From NCBI GenBank assembly GCA_963754315.1, contig CAVWFS010000019.1:416001-480000 (forward strand): a stretch of 64,000 nucleotides of DNA, in the 5' to 3' direction. The position numbers and the translations under genes are program-made. Origin of the DNA: an uncultured Candidatus Rokubacteria bacterium. Its GTDB lineage: Bacteria; Methylomirabilota; Methylomirabilia; Rokubacteriales; CSP1-6. Positions 1 through 11,576 of this stretch are shown here, piece by piece. The notes beneath the pieces were generated by a model, which saw only the letters and a list, made by a program, of their open reading frames with translations, did not search any database and was not told where the DNA came from. Each line of letters opens with the position of its first letter. Within the stretch, counting starts at the first letter, position 1.

Positions 1-860
1 CGCTCGGCGAGAAAAAACCCGGAGGGGTTCTTGACCTCGATCAACCCTCCCTCGCCCATCTGGAAGACGCCGAGCTCATTGGTCGACCCGAAGCGGTTCT
101 TCACCGCCCGTAGCACGCGATAGGCGTGATGCCGTTCACCCTCGAAGTAGAGCACGGTGTCTACCAGGTGCTCGAGGACACGGGGTCCGGCGAGGGCACC
201 CTCCTTGGTGACGTGACCCACGATGAACGTGGCCAGGCCCCGGCCCTTGGCCATCGAGAGCAAGCGGCCTCCACACTCCCGCACCTGCGCCACACTCCCA
301 GGCGCCGACTCCAGCTCCGGCAAGTAGACGGTCTGGATGGAATCCACGATCAGCGCGTGCGGCCGGATCTCGTCGAGGCTCGCATGAACCCGAGAGAGGT
401 CGTTCTCAGCCCAGAGGAGCAGGCCATCGCCGCTCACTCCGAGGCGATCGGCGCGCAGCTTGACCTGCGCCGTCGACTCCTCAGCCGAGACATAGAGCAC
501 GGGCGGATCCACCTCCGCCAGCGCTCGCGCTGCCTGCAGGAGCAAGGTGCTCTTGCCGGCGCCGGGTTCACCACCGATCAGCACCAGTGAACCCTTGACC
601 ACCCCGCCTCCCAGCACGCGATCCAGCTCGCCGATACGGGTGAGGCGCCGATCACCTTCCTCGCTGGCGATGTCTTTGAGGGCCAGGGGCCTGCTCGCCG
701 CAACCACCGCCGACCGCGAGCTGCGCGCTCCCCGGGCGCGTTCCTCGACGAGGGGGACGAGCTCGCCCGTGAGGCGTCGGCAGTCGGGACACGTGCCCGG
801 CTTTGGGCTCGCGAACCCGCACTGCTGACACCGGTAGACGCTCGATTCGCGTGCTGTCAC
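1..860 (-). CDS. radA: DNA repair protein RadA/Sms (5' part, runs off window)
   Basis: Hand translation from GTG 860 gives MTARESSVYRCQQCG...CPDC (Zn finger), Walker A GGEPGAGKSTLLLQ and the RadA signature KNRFG. Not in the ORF track because the stop lies outside the window. Confidence 0.95.
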   Translation of the reverse strand, partial: MTARESSVYRCQQCGFASPKPGTCPDCRRLTGELVPLVEERARGARSSRSAVVAASRPLALKDIASEEGDRRLTRIGELDRVLGGGVVKGSLVLIGGEPGAGKSTLLLQAARALAEVDPPVLYVSAEESTAQVKLRADRLGVSGDGLLLWAENDLSRVHASLDEIRPHALIVDSIQTVYLPELESAPGSVAQVRECGGRLLSMAKGRGLATFIVGHVTKEGALAGPRVLEHLVDTVLYFEGERHHAYRVLRAVKNRFGSTNELGVFQMGEGGLIEVKNPSGFFLAE

Positions 861-2047
861 TTCTTCTCCCCCTCGCGGCCCAGGCTTCGGATGAGGCTAC
901 GCAGGAGGAAACTGCGGCTGGCCCCGTCGAGAACGGCGACCAGACGATCGTACACGGTGGGATCGACGACGAGCGCACCCAGGGTGCCCTCACCCTCGTT
1001 GATCTTCTCGGTAATCGACCGCAAGTTGGCCAATGTGATCCGTAGGTCTTGAGACACCTGTCGGAGGTCGTCGCCCCCATCGTCCCGGACAAGACTGCCG
1101 AGCATCCCGCGCCCCGCAGCAACCCGATCCGTCACCTCGCGCAGGTTCCCGGCCACGGCCTTCAGATCATCGAGCACGGGCCGGTACTTCGGGTCGAAGA
1201 GCAGACCGGGCAGCAACCCTTTCTCGTCCTCCGGGCGCTCGACCATGAGGGCCAAGCGGTCCATCGCGGCAACGAGGCGGCGCGCCGCCTCGCCACTTTG
1301 CTCGCTGGTGAGTACACCGGCTGCTCCCTCGCCGCGCTCGACGCGAGCCACTACTCTGTCGGCCTTCGCGATGAGCTCGTTGACCTGGGCGAGGGCCCGG
1401 GGTTCGTCATAGAGCAGCGAATGCGCGAGGCCCGGACCGCGCTCGACGCGGTCGAGGATCCGAACCATCCGGTCCGTCATGCCTCGCGCGGCCCCCACCG
1501 TGGCTGCCGCCTCCTGGATCACCTTCGACTGGTTGAGACTTTCCGTGGTCTCGCGCAGGCTCTCGGCGAGAGCGGTGACGCTCTTCATTGTCTGCGCGCC
1601 CTCGCCCACCAGCCGAGCGATGTCCATGGGATCGGACGATTCGAGCACGTCGCCCGCCTTGAGGGCCGGAGTCGTCGCCGTTCCCGCCGTGATCTCGACG
1701 ATCCGGTCACCGAGAAGTCCCTGGGTTTCCAGGCGCGCCACAGAGTCTTTCCGGATGCGATTGGCGAACTGGCGGCCGATAGTCAGGTCGACCCGGACCT
1801 TGCCGCCCGGCTCGGGGGCAAGGTCGACCGCCGTCACCCGCCCGATCTGCACACCGGCCAGGCGCACAGTGGCGCCCTCGCGTAAGCCGCCCACCTCGGT
1901 GAAATCGGCGTGGACGGTGTAGCGGGACTCGAAGAGCCGGGCGCTGGCGCCAAGGACGTAGATCACGGCGATGAAGGCCACGAGAGCGCTCACCACGAAG
2001 ACCCCGACACGGATCCTCATCCACCGTTCGCGGGCCTCCTGGTTCAT
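857..2047 (-). CDS. mlaD: MlaD/MCE-domain protein with long helical C-terminus
   Basis: N-terminal TM anchor; MCE motif GLREGATVRLAGVQIGRV...GLLGDRIVEI; follows mlaF/mlaE. Confidence 0.9.
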   Translation of the reverse strand: MNQEARERWMRIRVGVFVVSALVAFIAVIYVLGASARLFESRYTVHADFTEVGGLREGATVRLAGVQIGRVTAVDLAPEPGGKVRVDLTIGRQFANRIRKDSVARLETQGLLGDRIVEITAGTATTPALKAGDVLESSDPMDIARLVGEGAQTMKSVTALAESLRETTESLNQSKVIQEAAATVGAARGMTDRMVRILDRVERGPGLAHSLLYDEPRALAQVNELIAKADRVVARVERGEGAAGVLTSEQSGEAARRLVAAMDRLALMVERPEDEKGLLPGLLFDPKYRPVLDDLKAVAGNLREVTDRVAAGRGMLGSLVRDDGGDDLRQVSQDLRITLANLRSITEKINEGEGTLGALVVDPTVYDRLVAVLDGASRSFLLRSLIRSLGREGEKK

Positions 2048-2790
2048 GGCGCTCTCAGGTCACCGGCCAGGAACGCTTGCACGTCGGCGGAAGGCGAGTC
2101 CATCACGGCCTGGAGCGGCCCGCTCACGGCGAATCGTCCGCGGATGAGGATGGACACCCGGTCGGCAATGGTCTTGGCGAGCTCGATATCGTGCGTGACC
2201 ACCATGGCCGTGTCGCACACTCCCGCCCCGAGCTCGGCGATCAGCTCGGCCACGAGCTTGGCGTTCGTCGGGTCGAGCCCGGCCGTCGGCTCGTCGAAGA
2301 GCAGGACTTCCGGCTCGCCGATGAGAGCCCGAGCGATCCCCACCCGCTTGCGCATCCCTCCCGACAGGTCGGCCGGCAACATGGGCAGGATGTCCTCCGC
2401 CAGGCCGACCTGCGACAGGTAGTGGACGACCTTGCGGAGGACCTCCGGCTCGGCGAGCTTGCGGTGCTCGCGTAACGGGTATGCCACGTTCTCGTACACG
2501 GACAGCGAGTCGAATAGGGCCGCTCCCTGGAACACGTAGCCGAGGCGCCGCCGCAGGGGCAGCAGCTGCTCTTCGGCCATGCGTTCGATGTTGGTCCCGA
2601 AGAGCTGGATCTGACCCGAATCGGGACTGATGAGGCCAGCCGTCAGGCGGAGCATCACGGTCTTGCCGGAGCCGCTCCCTCCCATCACCACGTGGGTCTC
2701 GCCCTTAGGGAGGGCGAGGGACACGCCCTGGAGCACGGGCGCGCTCTCGAACGACTTGTACACGTCGACCAGCTCCACGAGAGGCGCCAT
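2044..2790 (-). CDS. mlaF: MlaF-like ABC ATPase
   Basis: MAPLVELVDV start at 2790; GGSGSGKT, LSGGMRKRV, FDEPTAGLDP. Confidence 0.92.
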   Translation of the reverse strand: MAPLVELVDVYKSFESAPVLQGVSLALPKGETHVVMGGSGSGKTVMLRLTAGLISPDSGQIQLFGTNIERMAEEQLLPLRRRLGYVFQGAALFDSLSVYENVAYPLREHRKLAEPEVLRKVVHYLSQVGLAEDILPMLPADLSGGMRKRVGIARALIGEPEVLLFDEPTAGLDPTNAKLVAELIAELGAGVCDTAMVVTHDIELAKTIADRVSILIRGRFAVSGPLQAVMDSPSADVQAFLAGDLRAP

Positions 2791-3551
2791 CACCAGAAGA
2801 TCATGAGAAAGAGCTTGGTGAGAAAAAAGTCGGAGACGATGACGGCCATCGCCACCTGCACCACGGTTGCCGTGGTAGCCCGTCCGAGGCCTTCGGTGCC
2901 CCCCTCGGTGCGGAGGCCATTGGCGCAGCCGATGAGGGTCACGATGGCGCCGAAGCATACGCTCTTGGCGATGCCGGTCAGAAAATCCCGTGGGACCACC
3001 CAGTAGGCGGTGACGTTCCAGTAGACATAGAGGTCCGTTCCCCGCTCCAGGAACATGGTCAGCATACCGCCCAGCACGCCGAACACGTCGGCCAGCACGG
3101 TGAGCAGAGGGAACACGATCACGGCTGCCAGCAAGCGAGGGACGACGAGGCGCTTGACGTAGTTGACCCCGAGCGTCCTGAGCGCATCGATCTGCTCGGT
3201 CACCTTCATTGAACCGAGCTCGGCGGTGATGCCGGAAGCCACCTTGCCACCCACCAGGATCGCGGTGAGCACCGGGCCCAGCTCGCGGAAGATGGCCATG
3301 GTGACGAGCGGACCCACGTAGTTCTCGGCCCCGAAGCGCGCCATGTTGATGGCACTCTGCAGAGCGAATACCATGCCCGTGAAGGCAGCGGCGGTCAGGG
3401 CCACCCCGAGTGAACGCACGCCCATGACCTCGATCTCGCGCATCACCAGCCGCCAGTATGCGGGCGGCAGGGCCAGGTTGCGCGCGACCTTGACGGTCAG
3501 CAGGCCGACGTCGCCGTACCACATGAGGGCCCGCCTGAGAGTCGTCTCCAT
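2790..3551 (-). CDS. mlaE: MlaE-like ABC permease
   Basis: RELGPVLTAILVGGKVASGITAELGSMKVTEQIDAL motif. Confidence 0.93.
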   Translation of the reverse strand: METTLRRALMWYGDVGLLTVKVARNLALPPAYWRLVMREIEVMGVRSLGVALTAAAFTGMVFALQSAINMARFGAENYVGPLVTMAIFRELGPVLTAILVGGKVASGITAELGSMKVTEQIDALRTLGVNYVKRLVVPRLLAAVIVFPLLTVLADVFGVLGGMLTMFLERGTDLYVYWNVTAYWVVPRDFLTGIAKSVCFGAIVTLIGCANGLRTEGGTEGLGRATTATVVQVAMAVIVSDFFLTKLFLMIFW

Positions 3552-3569
3552 ATGAGGCCCTCACTCGCG

Positions 3570-4076
3570 TCAGTCGAGGACGAACGTCCCGACCAGGCGC
3601 CGGAAGTCCCCCCGCCACGTCGCGAAGTCTTCGGGAGCGGCCGCATAGAGCAGGTCGTACACGCAGCGGTCGTCGCGCGCGACGTACAGCTCGACGCGCA
3701 CCCGGTCACTGCGTAGCCCGCTCTGACCTTCGACCACCATGTGTGCCGCCTCCCGCCCCGCGATCGAGGCGACGTCCTGCTCATGCACCTCGCGCGCGGA
3801 AAATCCCGCCAGAATCTCTCGCGTGAGCACGTTCACCGTGCTCTGGCTCCGGCGCGACTCGCATGACGCGTTAACCAGAATCCCCGCCTTCGCCTCCCGG
3901 TGTCGCAGCTCGAGGTCCGCCCGACTGTTCCGAATCGGCTGCCAGTCCGACCCGGGCAGGGTCAGACGGTAGCCCTTGCTCGAGTGATACGCGCCCGGCA
4001 ACTCCTGTCGTCCGGCACAGGCTGCCAGCACGAGCGTGATTCCGGCGCCGGCGCAGACTGCCTGCCACCGCCGCAC
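3570..4076 (-). CDS. hypothetical lipoprotein
   Basis: Lipobox LVLAAC; tightly packed between hisIE and mlaE. Confidence 0.7.
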   Translation of the reverse strand: MRRWQAVCAGAGITLVLAACAGRQELPGAYHSSKGYRLTLPGSDWQPIRNSRADLELRHREAKAGILVNASCESRRSQSTVNVLTREILAGFSAREVHEQDVASIAGREAAHMVVEGQSGLRSDRVRVELYVARDDRCVYDLLYAAAPEDFATWRGDFRRLVGTFVLD

Positions 4077-4082
4077 CGGACG

Positions 4083-4718
4083 TCAGCCGCTCTGAGAGGC
4101 GCGGTCCGTGTGGCGGCGATCCAGCTCTTCCAGCACCGCCCGCACGGTGAGGCCCCGCTCTGCCAACAGGACAATGGTGTGAAACCAGAGATCGGCCAGC
4201 TCGGCCACCACGCGCTGATCGCCTTCGCGGCCCAGCGCGGCCGTCACGACCTCGATCGCCTCCTCGCCGATTTTTCGGCAGATGGCTGCCTCTCCGCGCG
4301 CCAGCAGGGCACCAACGTAAGAGCCGGCCGGGGCAGACACCTTCCTCTCCCGCACGATTCCCTCGAGCCGCTCGAGCATGGTGGCTGCCACCGGCCGCTC
4401 ACCGGTCAGTGCCCGAAAGAAGCAACTCCGATGGCCGGTGTGGCACGCCACACCCTCCTGTCGGACCTGGACGAGGAGCGTATCGGCGTCACAATCGACG
4501 TAGACGGCCCGGACGTGCTGAACGTGGCCCGATGTCTCTCCCTTCTGCCAGAGCGCGCGGCGCGTGCGTGACCAGAAGTGGGCGAGCCCGGTCCGCAAGG
4601 TGGTCTCTACCGCAACCCGATCCATCCAGGCCACCATCAGCAGCTCGCCGGTGGACGCCTCCTGGACCACAGCCGGGATCAGCCCCTGGTCGTCGAAGCG
4701 CAGGTCGTCGATCGTCAC
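4083..4718 (-). CDS. hisIE: bifunctional phosphoribosyl-AMP cyclohydrolase/phosphoribosyl-ATP pyrophosphatase
   Basis: [33 protein letters not shown]; probable GTG start at 4718. Confidence 0.95.
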   Translation of the reverse strand: MTIDDLRFDDQGLIPAVVQEASTGELLMVAWMDRVAVETTLRTGLAHFWSRTRRALWQKGETSGHVQHVRAVYVDCDADTLLVQVRQEGVACHTGHRSCFFRALTGERPVAATMLERLEGIVRERKVSAPAGSYVGALLARGEAAICRKIGEEAIEVVTAALGREGDQRVVAELADLWFHTIVLLAERGLTVRAVLEELDRRHTDRASQSG

Positions 4719-4722
4719 GTCA

Positions 4723-5511
4723 TCATTCCTCGAGGCGAACCTCAATACCCCGCTCCCGCAGATAGCACTTGGCCTCGGCGAGGCTATGAATCCCGAAGTG
4801 GAAGATAGAAGCGGCGAGGACGGCATCCGCCTTGCCCTCTTCGAGTCCTTCCCGCAGATGCTCGAGAGAGCCGGCCCCTCCCGAGGCGATGACGGGAACG
4901 GTCACGGCTTCGGACACGGTCCGGGTGAGCTCGAGGTCGTAGCCGTCCTTGGTGCCGTCGCGGTCCATGCTCGTGAGCAGGATTTCCCCCGCCCCTCGTT
5001 CCACCGCCTCCCGGGCCCATTGCACGGCGTCGCGACCCGCGGAGCGTCGCCCGCCGTGGGTGTACACGGACCAGGAGGGCCAACCACCAGGGCTCCCCGA
5101 TCGCTCGGGATCGCGGCGAGCATCGATGGCCACCACGATGCACTGGCTCCCGAAGCGCTCGGCCGCTTCGAGGATCAGCTCGGGGCGCGCCAGGGCGGCC
5201 GTGTTGAGCGAAATCTTGTCAGCTCCCGCGCGTAGCAAGGCGCGGACGTCGTCGACGCCACGCACGCCACCGCCCACCGTGAGGGGCATGTAGATCCCTT
5301 CCGCCGTCCTCCGGACCACGTCGAGCATCACGTCGCGCCCTTCGTGCGAGGCCGTGATGTCGAGAAAGACCAGCTCATCGGCGCCCTGGGCGTCGTACGC
5401 AAGGGCCGCCTCGACCGGATCGCCTGCATCTCGGAGGTCGACGAAGCGAACTCCCTTCACCACGCGTCCGTCCTTGACGTCGAGGCACGGGATCACGCGC
5501 TTGGCGAGCAT
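4723..5511 (-). CDS. hisF: imidazole glycerol phosphate synthase cyclase subunit
   Basis: [25 protein letters not shown]. Confidence 0.97.
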   Translation of the reverse strand: MLAKRVIPCLDVKDGRVVKGVRFVDLRDAGDPVEAALAYDAQGADELVFLDITASHEGRDVMLDVVRRTAEGIYMPLTVGGGVRGVDDVRALLRAGADKISLNTAALARPELILEAAERFGSQCIVVAIDARRDPERSGSPGGWPSWSVYTHGGRRSAGRDAVQWAREAVERGAGEILLTSMDRDGTKDGYDLELTRTVSEAVTVPVIASGGAGSLEHLREGLEEGKADAVLAASIFHFGIHSLAEAKCYLRERGIEVRLEE

Positions 5512-6239
5512 GCCACACTCGAGCCGATCGCGGTGAGAGCCTCGCGAAGATCGATGGTGCCGATGTAGAGCGCACGTCCGACGACAGCGCCCGCCACGCC
5601 GGGCAGAGTGGCGAGCGCGCGCAGATCGTCGAGCTGGCCCACCCCGCCCGAGGCGAGCACGGGCAAGGCCACCGCGTCAGCGAGGGTCGCCGTTGCCTCG
5701 AGATTTGGCCCGAGCCCAGTGCCGTCGCGGCTCACGTCCGTGTAGAGGAGGGCGGCCGCGCCCGCCGCCAGGGCTCGACGCGCCACCTCGACTACCGTCT
5801 GGCCGGTAAGCTCGGTCCAACCCTTGACGGCCACGCGATCGCCATGGGCATCCACCGCCACGATGATCCGATCGGGCCAGCGACGGCCGATGGCGGCCAG
5901 GAATGTCGGGTCGAGCGCCGCTCGCGTGCCGACCACGGCCCAGCGGGCACCCGCCGCCAGGACGGCCTCGATCGCCGCCTCGTCTCGCAAGCCCCCACCA
6001 ACTTCCACCGGGACCGGCGCCACTGCCGCGATCATCCTGGCCACGAGCGCCGTCTGTCGCGGCGCGCCGAGGAAGGCGCCGTCGAGGTCGACGACGTGCA
6101 AGCGGGCGGCGCCCAGCGAAGCCCAGCGGACCGCTGCCGCCACCGGGTCGTCGCCGAAGACCGTCTCCGCGTCGGGGCGACCCTGGCGTAGGCGTACGCA
6201 GCGCCCCTCGCGCACGTCGACGGCCGGAATGACGATCAT
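5493..6239 (-). CDS. hisA: ProFAR isomerase
   Basis: [35 protein letters not shown]. Confidence 0.95.
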   Translation of the reverse strand: MIVIPAVDVREGRCVRLRQGRPDAETVFGDDPVAAAVRWASLGAARLHVVDLDGAFLGAPRQTALVARMIAAVAPVPVEVGGGLRDEAAIEAVLAAGARWAVVGTRAALDPTFLAAIGRRWPDRIIVAVDAHGDRVAVKGWTELTGQTVVEVARRALAAGAAALLYTDVSRDGTGLGPNLEATATLADAVALPVLASGGVGQLDDLRALATLPGVAGAVVGRALYIGTIDLREALTAIGSSVACSPSA

Positions 6240-6865
6240 GCCCGCGCCAGTGCGTGCTCCCGGACCAGAACGGCAAAGTTCTCGAGCAGCCGTGTCCCCC
6301 AGCCCTGGCTCTTCTCGGGATGGAACTGGGTGCCTGCGATGAGCCCCTGCTCCATGGCTGCGGGGAACCTCACGCCGTAGTCGCACCAGGCGAAGGCACG
6401 CCCGGCGGGCGAGGTCGGCTCCGGATAGTAGGAGTGGACGAAGTAGAAGTGGGCGCCGTCCGGAATCCCGTCGAACAGCCGCAACTGCCCACCATGATTG
6501 ACGCGGTTCCAGCCCATGTGCGGAATCTTCGGTCCGGACGGGAAGCGCCGGACCCGTCCCGGGATTACGTCCAGGCCGCGTCCCTCACCGAACTCCTCGC
6601 TTACCGAGAACAGCAACTGGTAGCCAAGGCAGATCCCCAGGAAGGGACGACTCCCATCGAGCGCGCGCCGCAAGGCCGAGAGGAGTCCGAGTCTCGCGAG
6701 ACTGCCCATGGCATCGTGAAAGGCCCCGTCACCCGGGATCACCACGGCATCAGCACCCTCCACGACCGGCGCCTGATCGGTGACCACGGCCGGCACGCCA
6801 ACCCGCGCAAACGCGCGCTGGACGCTGGCCAGGTTTCCACGCCCGTAGTCGACGATGGCGATCAC
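6236..6865 (-). CDS. hisH: imidazole glycerol phosphate synthase glutaminase subunit
   Basis: IAIVDYGRGNL, GICLG, QFHPEKS. Confidence 0.95.
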   Translation of the reverse strand: MIAIVDYGRGNLASVQRAFARVGVPAVVTDQAPVVEGADAVVIPGDGAFHDAMGSLARLGLLSALRRALDGSRPFLGICLGYQLLFSVSEEFGEGRGLDVIPGRVRRFPSGPKIPHMGWNRVNHGGQLRLFDGIPDGAHFYFVHSYYPEPTSPAGRAFAWCDYGVRFPAAMEQGLIAGTQFHPEKSQGWGTRLLENFAVLVREHALARA

Positions 6866-7467
6866 AGCATGCCCTTGGTCGAGGGCAGGACCCCCGCGAT
6901 CCGCGGGTTGAGGCGAGTGGCCTCGGCCAGCGCCCGGCCGACTGCCTTGAACACGGCCTCGGCCACATGGTGGAGGTTTTCCCCCGAATGCATGATCACG
7001 TGGAGGTTCAGCTTGCCCTCGGTGGCAAAGGCGCGGAAAAAGTCCTTGAGCAGATCGAGATCGAAGTTGGACACACGGGTACGTTGCACTGGTACGTTGA
7101 AGACCAGGTAGGGTCGACCGGACAGGTCCACCGAAGCCTGGACGAGGGTCTCGTCCATTGGCACGAACGCCGTCCCGAACCGAACGATGCCCTTCTTGTC
7201 GCCGAGGGCCTCGTCGAGGGCTTGCCCGAGAACGAGTCCCACGTCCTCGACGGTGTGGTGCAGGTCGACCTCCAGGTCTCCTCTGGCGTCCACGGCCAGG
7301 TCCATGAGTCCGTGCTTGGACCACGCCTCGAGCATGTGACTGAAGAAGGGGATGCCCGTCTCGATCTTGGCGCTGCCCGTGCCGTCCAGGTTGAGCTGCA
7401 GCAGAATCTGCGTCTCCTTTGTCTTTCGCTCCACCCGCGCCTGTCGGGGGACGAGCTCAGCGCTCAT
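6862..7467 (-). CDS. hisB: imidazoleglycerol-phosphate dehydratase
   Basis: RKTKETQI, DLHHTVED, NLHHVAE. Confidence 0.96.
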   Translation of the reverse strand: MSAELVPRQARVERKTKETQILLQLNLDGTGSAKIETGIPFFSHMLEAWSKHGLMDLAVDARGDLEVDLHHTVEDVGLVLGQALDEALGDKKGIVRFGTAFVPMDETLVQASVDLSGRPYLVFNVPVQRTRVSNFDLDLLKDFFRAFATEGKLNLHVIMHSGENLHHVAEAVFKAVGRALAEATRLNPRIAGVLPSTKGML

Positions 7468-8801
7468 GGCTGCCCCTCCTCCTTTCTTCGGAGCGCGGCC
7501 ACTCTCACCTCGGCCGCTACCGCGTGCCCGTGAAGCCCTTCCACGTCGGTCAACGCTCTGAGATGCGGCAGCGCTGCTCGCAATCCGTCCGGCGTGTACT
7601 CGATCACGCTCGATCGGGTGACGAAGTCTTCTGGACCCAGGGGCGAGGCAAAACGCGCCGTTCCGCCCGTGGGCAACACGTGGCTCGGGCCCGCGACATA
7701 GTCGCCGACGACCTCGGGTGTGTTCCCGCCCACGAACACCGCGCCCGCGTGGCGCACCGCGGAGAGCAGGATGTGGGGGGCCCGGACATAGAGCTCGAGA
7801 TGCTCGGGAGCCAGGAGGTTGACGAGCTCGATGGCAGCCTCCAGGCTCTCGACCACAATCAAGGCGCCGTTGGTAGCGACGGACTCGGCGGCGATGGCGC
7901 GACGGGGGAGTACCGTCAGCTGCCGCTCGAGGGCCGCCGCCACGCGCGGGATCAGAGCAGCCGCATCGGTGATGAGCATGGCTCGCGCCATCGGATCGTG
8001 CTCGGCCTGAGCCAGGAGGTCTGCCGCCAGCCACTCGGGATCCGCTGCCGCATCGGCGATGATTGCCACTTCGCTGGGCCCCGCCACCATGTCGATGCCG
8101 ACCTCGCCGAAGACCTTGCGCTTGGCCAGCGCCACGTAGATGTTGCCGGGACCGACGATCTTGTCGACACGGCGCACGGTGGCCGTGCCGTAGGCGAGGG
8201 CAGCGATGGCCTGCGCGCCACCGATCCGGTATCCCTCGCTGACCCCGGCGATGCGGGCAGCGGCCAGCACGGCCGGGGCCACCCGCCCGTCGCCATCGGG
8301 CGGCGTTACCAGGACAATCTCGCGCACTCCGGCTACTCGGGCCGGGATGCCGGTCATCAGCACGGTGGAAGGGTAGGCTGCCCGGCCGCCCGGAATGTAG
8401 ATGCCGACTCGGTCCAGGGGACGGACCTCCTGCCCGAGGAGCGAGCCGTGCTCGTCCTTGATCCGCCATGACTTCGGGAGGGCTGCCGCGTGATAGCGTT
8501 CGATGCGCTCGGCCGCGACAGCGAGCGCCGCCCGAGCGTCTGGCGGCAGCGTCTGCTCCGCTGTCTCGAAATCCGCAGGGGCGATGACGAGATCCCCGGG
8601 GTGACGCGCCACGAAGCGGTCGAAGCGTGCGGTCAACTCGACGAGGGCCTCGTCTCCGCGCTCCTGCACGGCGCCCAGGATCGCTTCGACCGCCTGCACG
8701 ATGCTAGGATCGACCTTGGAAGGGGGGCGCTCGAGCATCGTTGCCACGGTGCCCAACCCGAGGCTCCGCGCGTCCAGGATCCGGATCGAGGAAGAGGTCA
8801 T
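7464..8801 (-). CDS. hisD: histidinol dehydrogenase
   Basis: [36 protein letters not shown]. Confidence 0.96.
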   Translation of the reverse strand: MTSSSIRILDARSLGLGTVATMLERPPSKVDPSIVQAVEAILGAVQERGDEALVELTARFDRFVARHPGDLVIAPADFETAEQTLPPDARAALAVAAERIERYHAAALPKSWRIKDEHGSLLGQEVRPLDRVGIYIPGGRAAYPSTVLMTGIPARVAGVREIVLVTPPDGDGRVAPAVLAAARIAGVSEGYRIGGAQAIAALAYGTATVRRVDKIVGPGNIYVALAKRKVFGEVGIDMVAGPSEVAIIADAAADPEWLAADLLAQAEHDPMARAMLITDAAALIPRVAAALERQLTVLPRRAIAAESVATNGALIVVESLEAAIELVNLLAPEHLELYVRAPHILLSAVRHAGAVFVGGNTPEVVGDYVAGPSHVLPTGGTARFASPLGPEDFVTRSSVIEYTPDGLRAALPHLRALTDVEGLHGHAVAAEVRVAALRRKEEGQP

Positions 8802-9454
8802 CGGGCAACCGCCACCGCGGGCGCCTGCCGCGATCGTATCTCGTCGAGAAGCCCCGTAACGGCCGCATATTCGGTCTTCATGGAGGCGCGGTTGACGATC
8901 AGCCGCGCGGTCGAGCGCGTGATCTCCGCCACTTCTACCAGACCATTGGCCCGCAACGTGTCTCCCGACTGAACGAGGTCCACGATGCGATCGGCCAGAC
9001 CCACCAGCGGCGCGAGTTCGACCGAGCCATCGAGACGGACGATCTCTACCTGGATACCCCGGCTCGAGAAGTACTGCTCGGTGAGCCGTGGGTACTTCGT
9101 GGCCACCCGCACCCATGACCACGTCGAGGGCGTGTCGCGCTCGAACAGCTCCTTGCGCTCAGCCACCACCAGCCGACAGAAGCCGAATCCGAGGTCGAGC
9201 GGTTCGTAGACGTCGGGCCGCTGCTCGAGCAAGATATCCTGCCCCACGATTCCGAGGTCTGCAGCGCCGTACATCACATAGGCCGGCACGTCTGCCGGCT
9301 TGAGCAGAAGCAGTCGGAGCCGGTGTCCGGGGTCGGTGAATATGAGCCGGCGCGATTCGAGATCGATCCCGCTCACGCCGATGCTTCCCAGGAGATCCAG
9401 CGCTCCCTCGAGAAGCCGCCCCTTCGGCAGGGCAAGGGTGAGGCGCTCCTTCAT
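8798..9454 (-). CDS. hisG: ATP phosphoribosyltransferase, short form
   Basis: [33 protein letters not shown]; about 218 aa with no C-terminal regulatory domain. Confidence 0.95.
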   Translation of the reverse strand: MKERLTLALPKGRLLEGALDLLGSIGVSGIDLESRRLIFTDPGHRLRLLLLKPADVPAYVMYGAADLGIVGQDILLEQRPDVYEPLDLGFGFCRLVVAERKELFERDTPSTWSWVRVATKYPRLTEQYFSSRGIQVEIVRLDGSVELAPLVGLADRIVDLVQSGDTLRANGLVEVAEITRSTARLIVNRASMKTEYAAVTGLLDEIRSRQAPAVAVAR

Positions 9455-10704
9455 GACCGCCGGACGATGCTGGCCCCGAGGCTTGCCAGCTTCCGCTCCA
9501 GACACTCGTAGCCTCGATCGAGGTGATAGACCCGGGAGATCTCCGTTCGACCCCGCGCGGCCAGCCCAGCCAGCACGAGCGCGGCCGACGCGCGCAGATC
9601 CGAGGCCATCACCGGCGCCCCCTGGTAGCTCGGCACGCCCCGAATGACCGCGGTGGACCCGTCGGTGAAGATGCTGGCACCCATCCGGCCGAGCTCGGCC
9701 GCGTGCATGAAACGATTCTCGAAGATCGTCTCCGTCACACGCGATTGGCCGTCGGCCAGGCCCAACAGGGCCATCATCTGCGCCTGCATGTCTGTCGGAA
9801 AGCCCGGGAACGGGCTCGTCACGATGTCCGTCGGGCGCGGCCGGCCCATTGCCCGCACACGGACGGAAGTCGGCATCACTTCAAGCTGAGCCCCGGCCTC
9901 CTCGAGCTTGGCGATCACGGCGGAAAGATGATCAGGGATCACTCCCGTCACCGTCACGTCACTTCCGGCAATGGCGCCGGCGACGAGCAAGGTGCCGGCC
10001 TCGATGCGGTCGGGGATCACCTGGTGGGTCGCCCCGCTCAGCTCGGGTACCCCCTCGATCTCGATCCGCGATGTTCCCGCTCCGTGGACCCGCGCCCCCA
10101 TGCCGTTGAGCAACACTGCCAGGTCCACCACCTCGGGCTCGCGCGCTGCGTTCTCGAGCACGGTGGTGCCCTCGGCCAGGGCCGCCGCCATCATGAGATT
10201 TTCAGTCCCGGTCACCGTCACCATGTCGGCGGTGATCCGCGTCGCCTTCAGCCGGCTCGCGCGCGCGACCACGTAACCGTTCTCGATGGATACCTCGGCC
10301 CCCAGTTGGTGCAGCCCTTTCAGGTGTTGGTCGATGGGCCGTACCCCGATCGCGCAGCCTCCCGGCAGGGCGACCTTGGCCGACCCATGGCGCGCCACGA
10401 GGGGGCCAAGGACGAGCACGGAGGCGCGCATCGTGGACACGAGCTCGTAGGGGGCCACATCGTCGCTGACGCGCACGGTCTGCACTCGCGTCACCGCCTC
10501 TCGCTGGTCGACCGCCGCGCCCAAGGATTGCAGCAGTTTCAGCATGGTGCGGACATCGTTGAGGCCGGGCAGATTGGTGATCTGAAGCGGCGAGGCCGTG
10601 AGCAGGCTCGCCGCCAGCGCAGGCAGGGCCGCGTTCTTGGCCGCGCTGGGTGACACCGTTCCGCGAAGCCCGATCCCCCCCTCGATGTCGAGCCGTGTCG
10701 GCAT
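9451..10704 (-). CDS. murA: UDP-N-acetylglucosamine 1-carboxyvinyltransferase
   Basis: [32 protein letters not shown]. Confidence 0.97.
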   Translation of the reverse strand: MPTRLDIEGGIGLRGTVSPSAAKNAALPALAASLLTASPLQITNLPGLNDVRTMLKLLQSLGAAVDQREAVTRVQTVRVSDDVAPYELVSTMRASVLVLGPLVARHGSAKVALPGGCAIGVRPIDQHLKGLHQLGAEVSIENGYVVARASRLKATRITADMVTVTGTENLMMAAALAEGTTVLENAAREPEVVDLAVLLNGMGARVHGAGTSRIEIEGVPELSGATHQVIPDRIEAGTLLVAGAIAGSDVTVTGVIPDHLSAVIAKLEEAGAQLEVMPTSVRVRAMGRPRPTDIVTSPFPGFPTDMQAQMMALLGLADGQSRVTETIFENRFMHAAELGRMGASIFTDGSTAVIRGVPSYQGAPVMASDLRASAALVLAGLAARGRTEISRVYHLDRGYECLERKLASLGASIVRRS

Positions 10705-11571
10705 CAGGTCCTCCCCGCGACGAATCGTGTAATTCCTGCCAGGTCATTGTGTACCAGGACGTCCCGAAAGCCCGCTTCGTTCATCAGCCCGCGCGTTGCG
10801 CTCGCCTGGGCGCCGCCGGCTGTCTCGAGCACGAGAAACCCGTCTTGTGCCAGCCGGTGCTTGCCCTCGATGACCACACGCCGGATCACATCGAGGCCGT
10901 CGCGGCCGCCGTCGAGCGCACAACGAGGCTCATGGTCAACCACTTCCGGAGCAAGCGTCGACAGCAGCGGTGTGGGGAGGTACGGCGGATTCGAGACGAC
11001 CATGTCCGCGACACCGCCGCGCACGGCTCCGAGAAGGTCTCCTGCGAAGACGCGCACTCGAGGGGCGAGTCCGAGGTCGACGACGTTCGCGTGCGCCACC
11101 GCGACCGCTCCGGGGGACGCGTCGACGGCCGCGACCCGGAGGTCGGGGCGGCGGACGGCCAGAGCACAGGCGATGCATCCCGAACCGGTGCCGAGGTCGA
11201 CGATCGTCGGGTGGCGGCCCGCGGCCGGGGGAGGCAGCAGCGTGAGCGCCCAGTCCACGAGCATCTCGGTCTCCGGGCGGGGGATCAGCACGGCGCCCGT
11301 GATGCGGATGCGAAGGCCGTGAAACTCCTCCCAACCGAGGATTCGCTGGAGCGGCTCGCGTCGCGGCCCGGCGGCGGACGTCTTGTGCGTACTGGCGCGC
11401 CGCACCAGGCGAGAGATCGTCATCAGCTTCGAGATACAGCATTGAGCGACGGACCCCGAGGACGCTCGCGAGCAGCCACTCCGCGTCGGCCTGGGCCGAA
11501 TCGATCCCGGCTGTCGTGAGGGCCTCCCCGGCCGCCGCCAGGGCAGCCCGCCGCGTGAGTGTCGCGGGCAT
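10704..11571 (-). CDS. prmC: release factor glutamine methyltransferase, with a 1-nt frameshift near 11360
   Basis: N-terminus ([11 protein letters not shown]) in one frame; [24 protein letters not shown] and SNPPY in the next frame. Confidence 0.9.
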
Positions 11572-11576
11572 GGTGT

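Noticed and set aside
11340..11390. Programmed frameshift in prmC next to prfA
   Set aside because: No slippery sequence or internal stop/SD as in prfB; same pattern as the other probable sequencing indels
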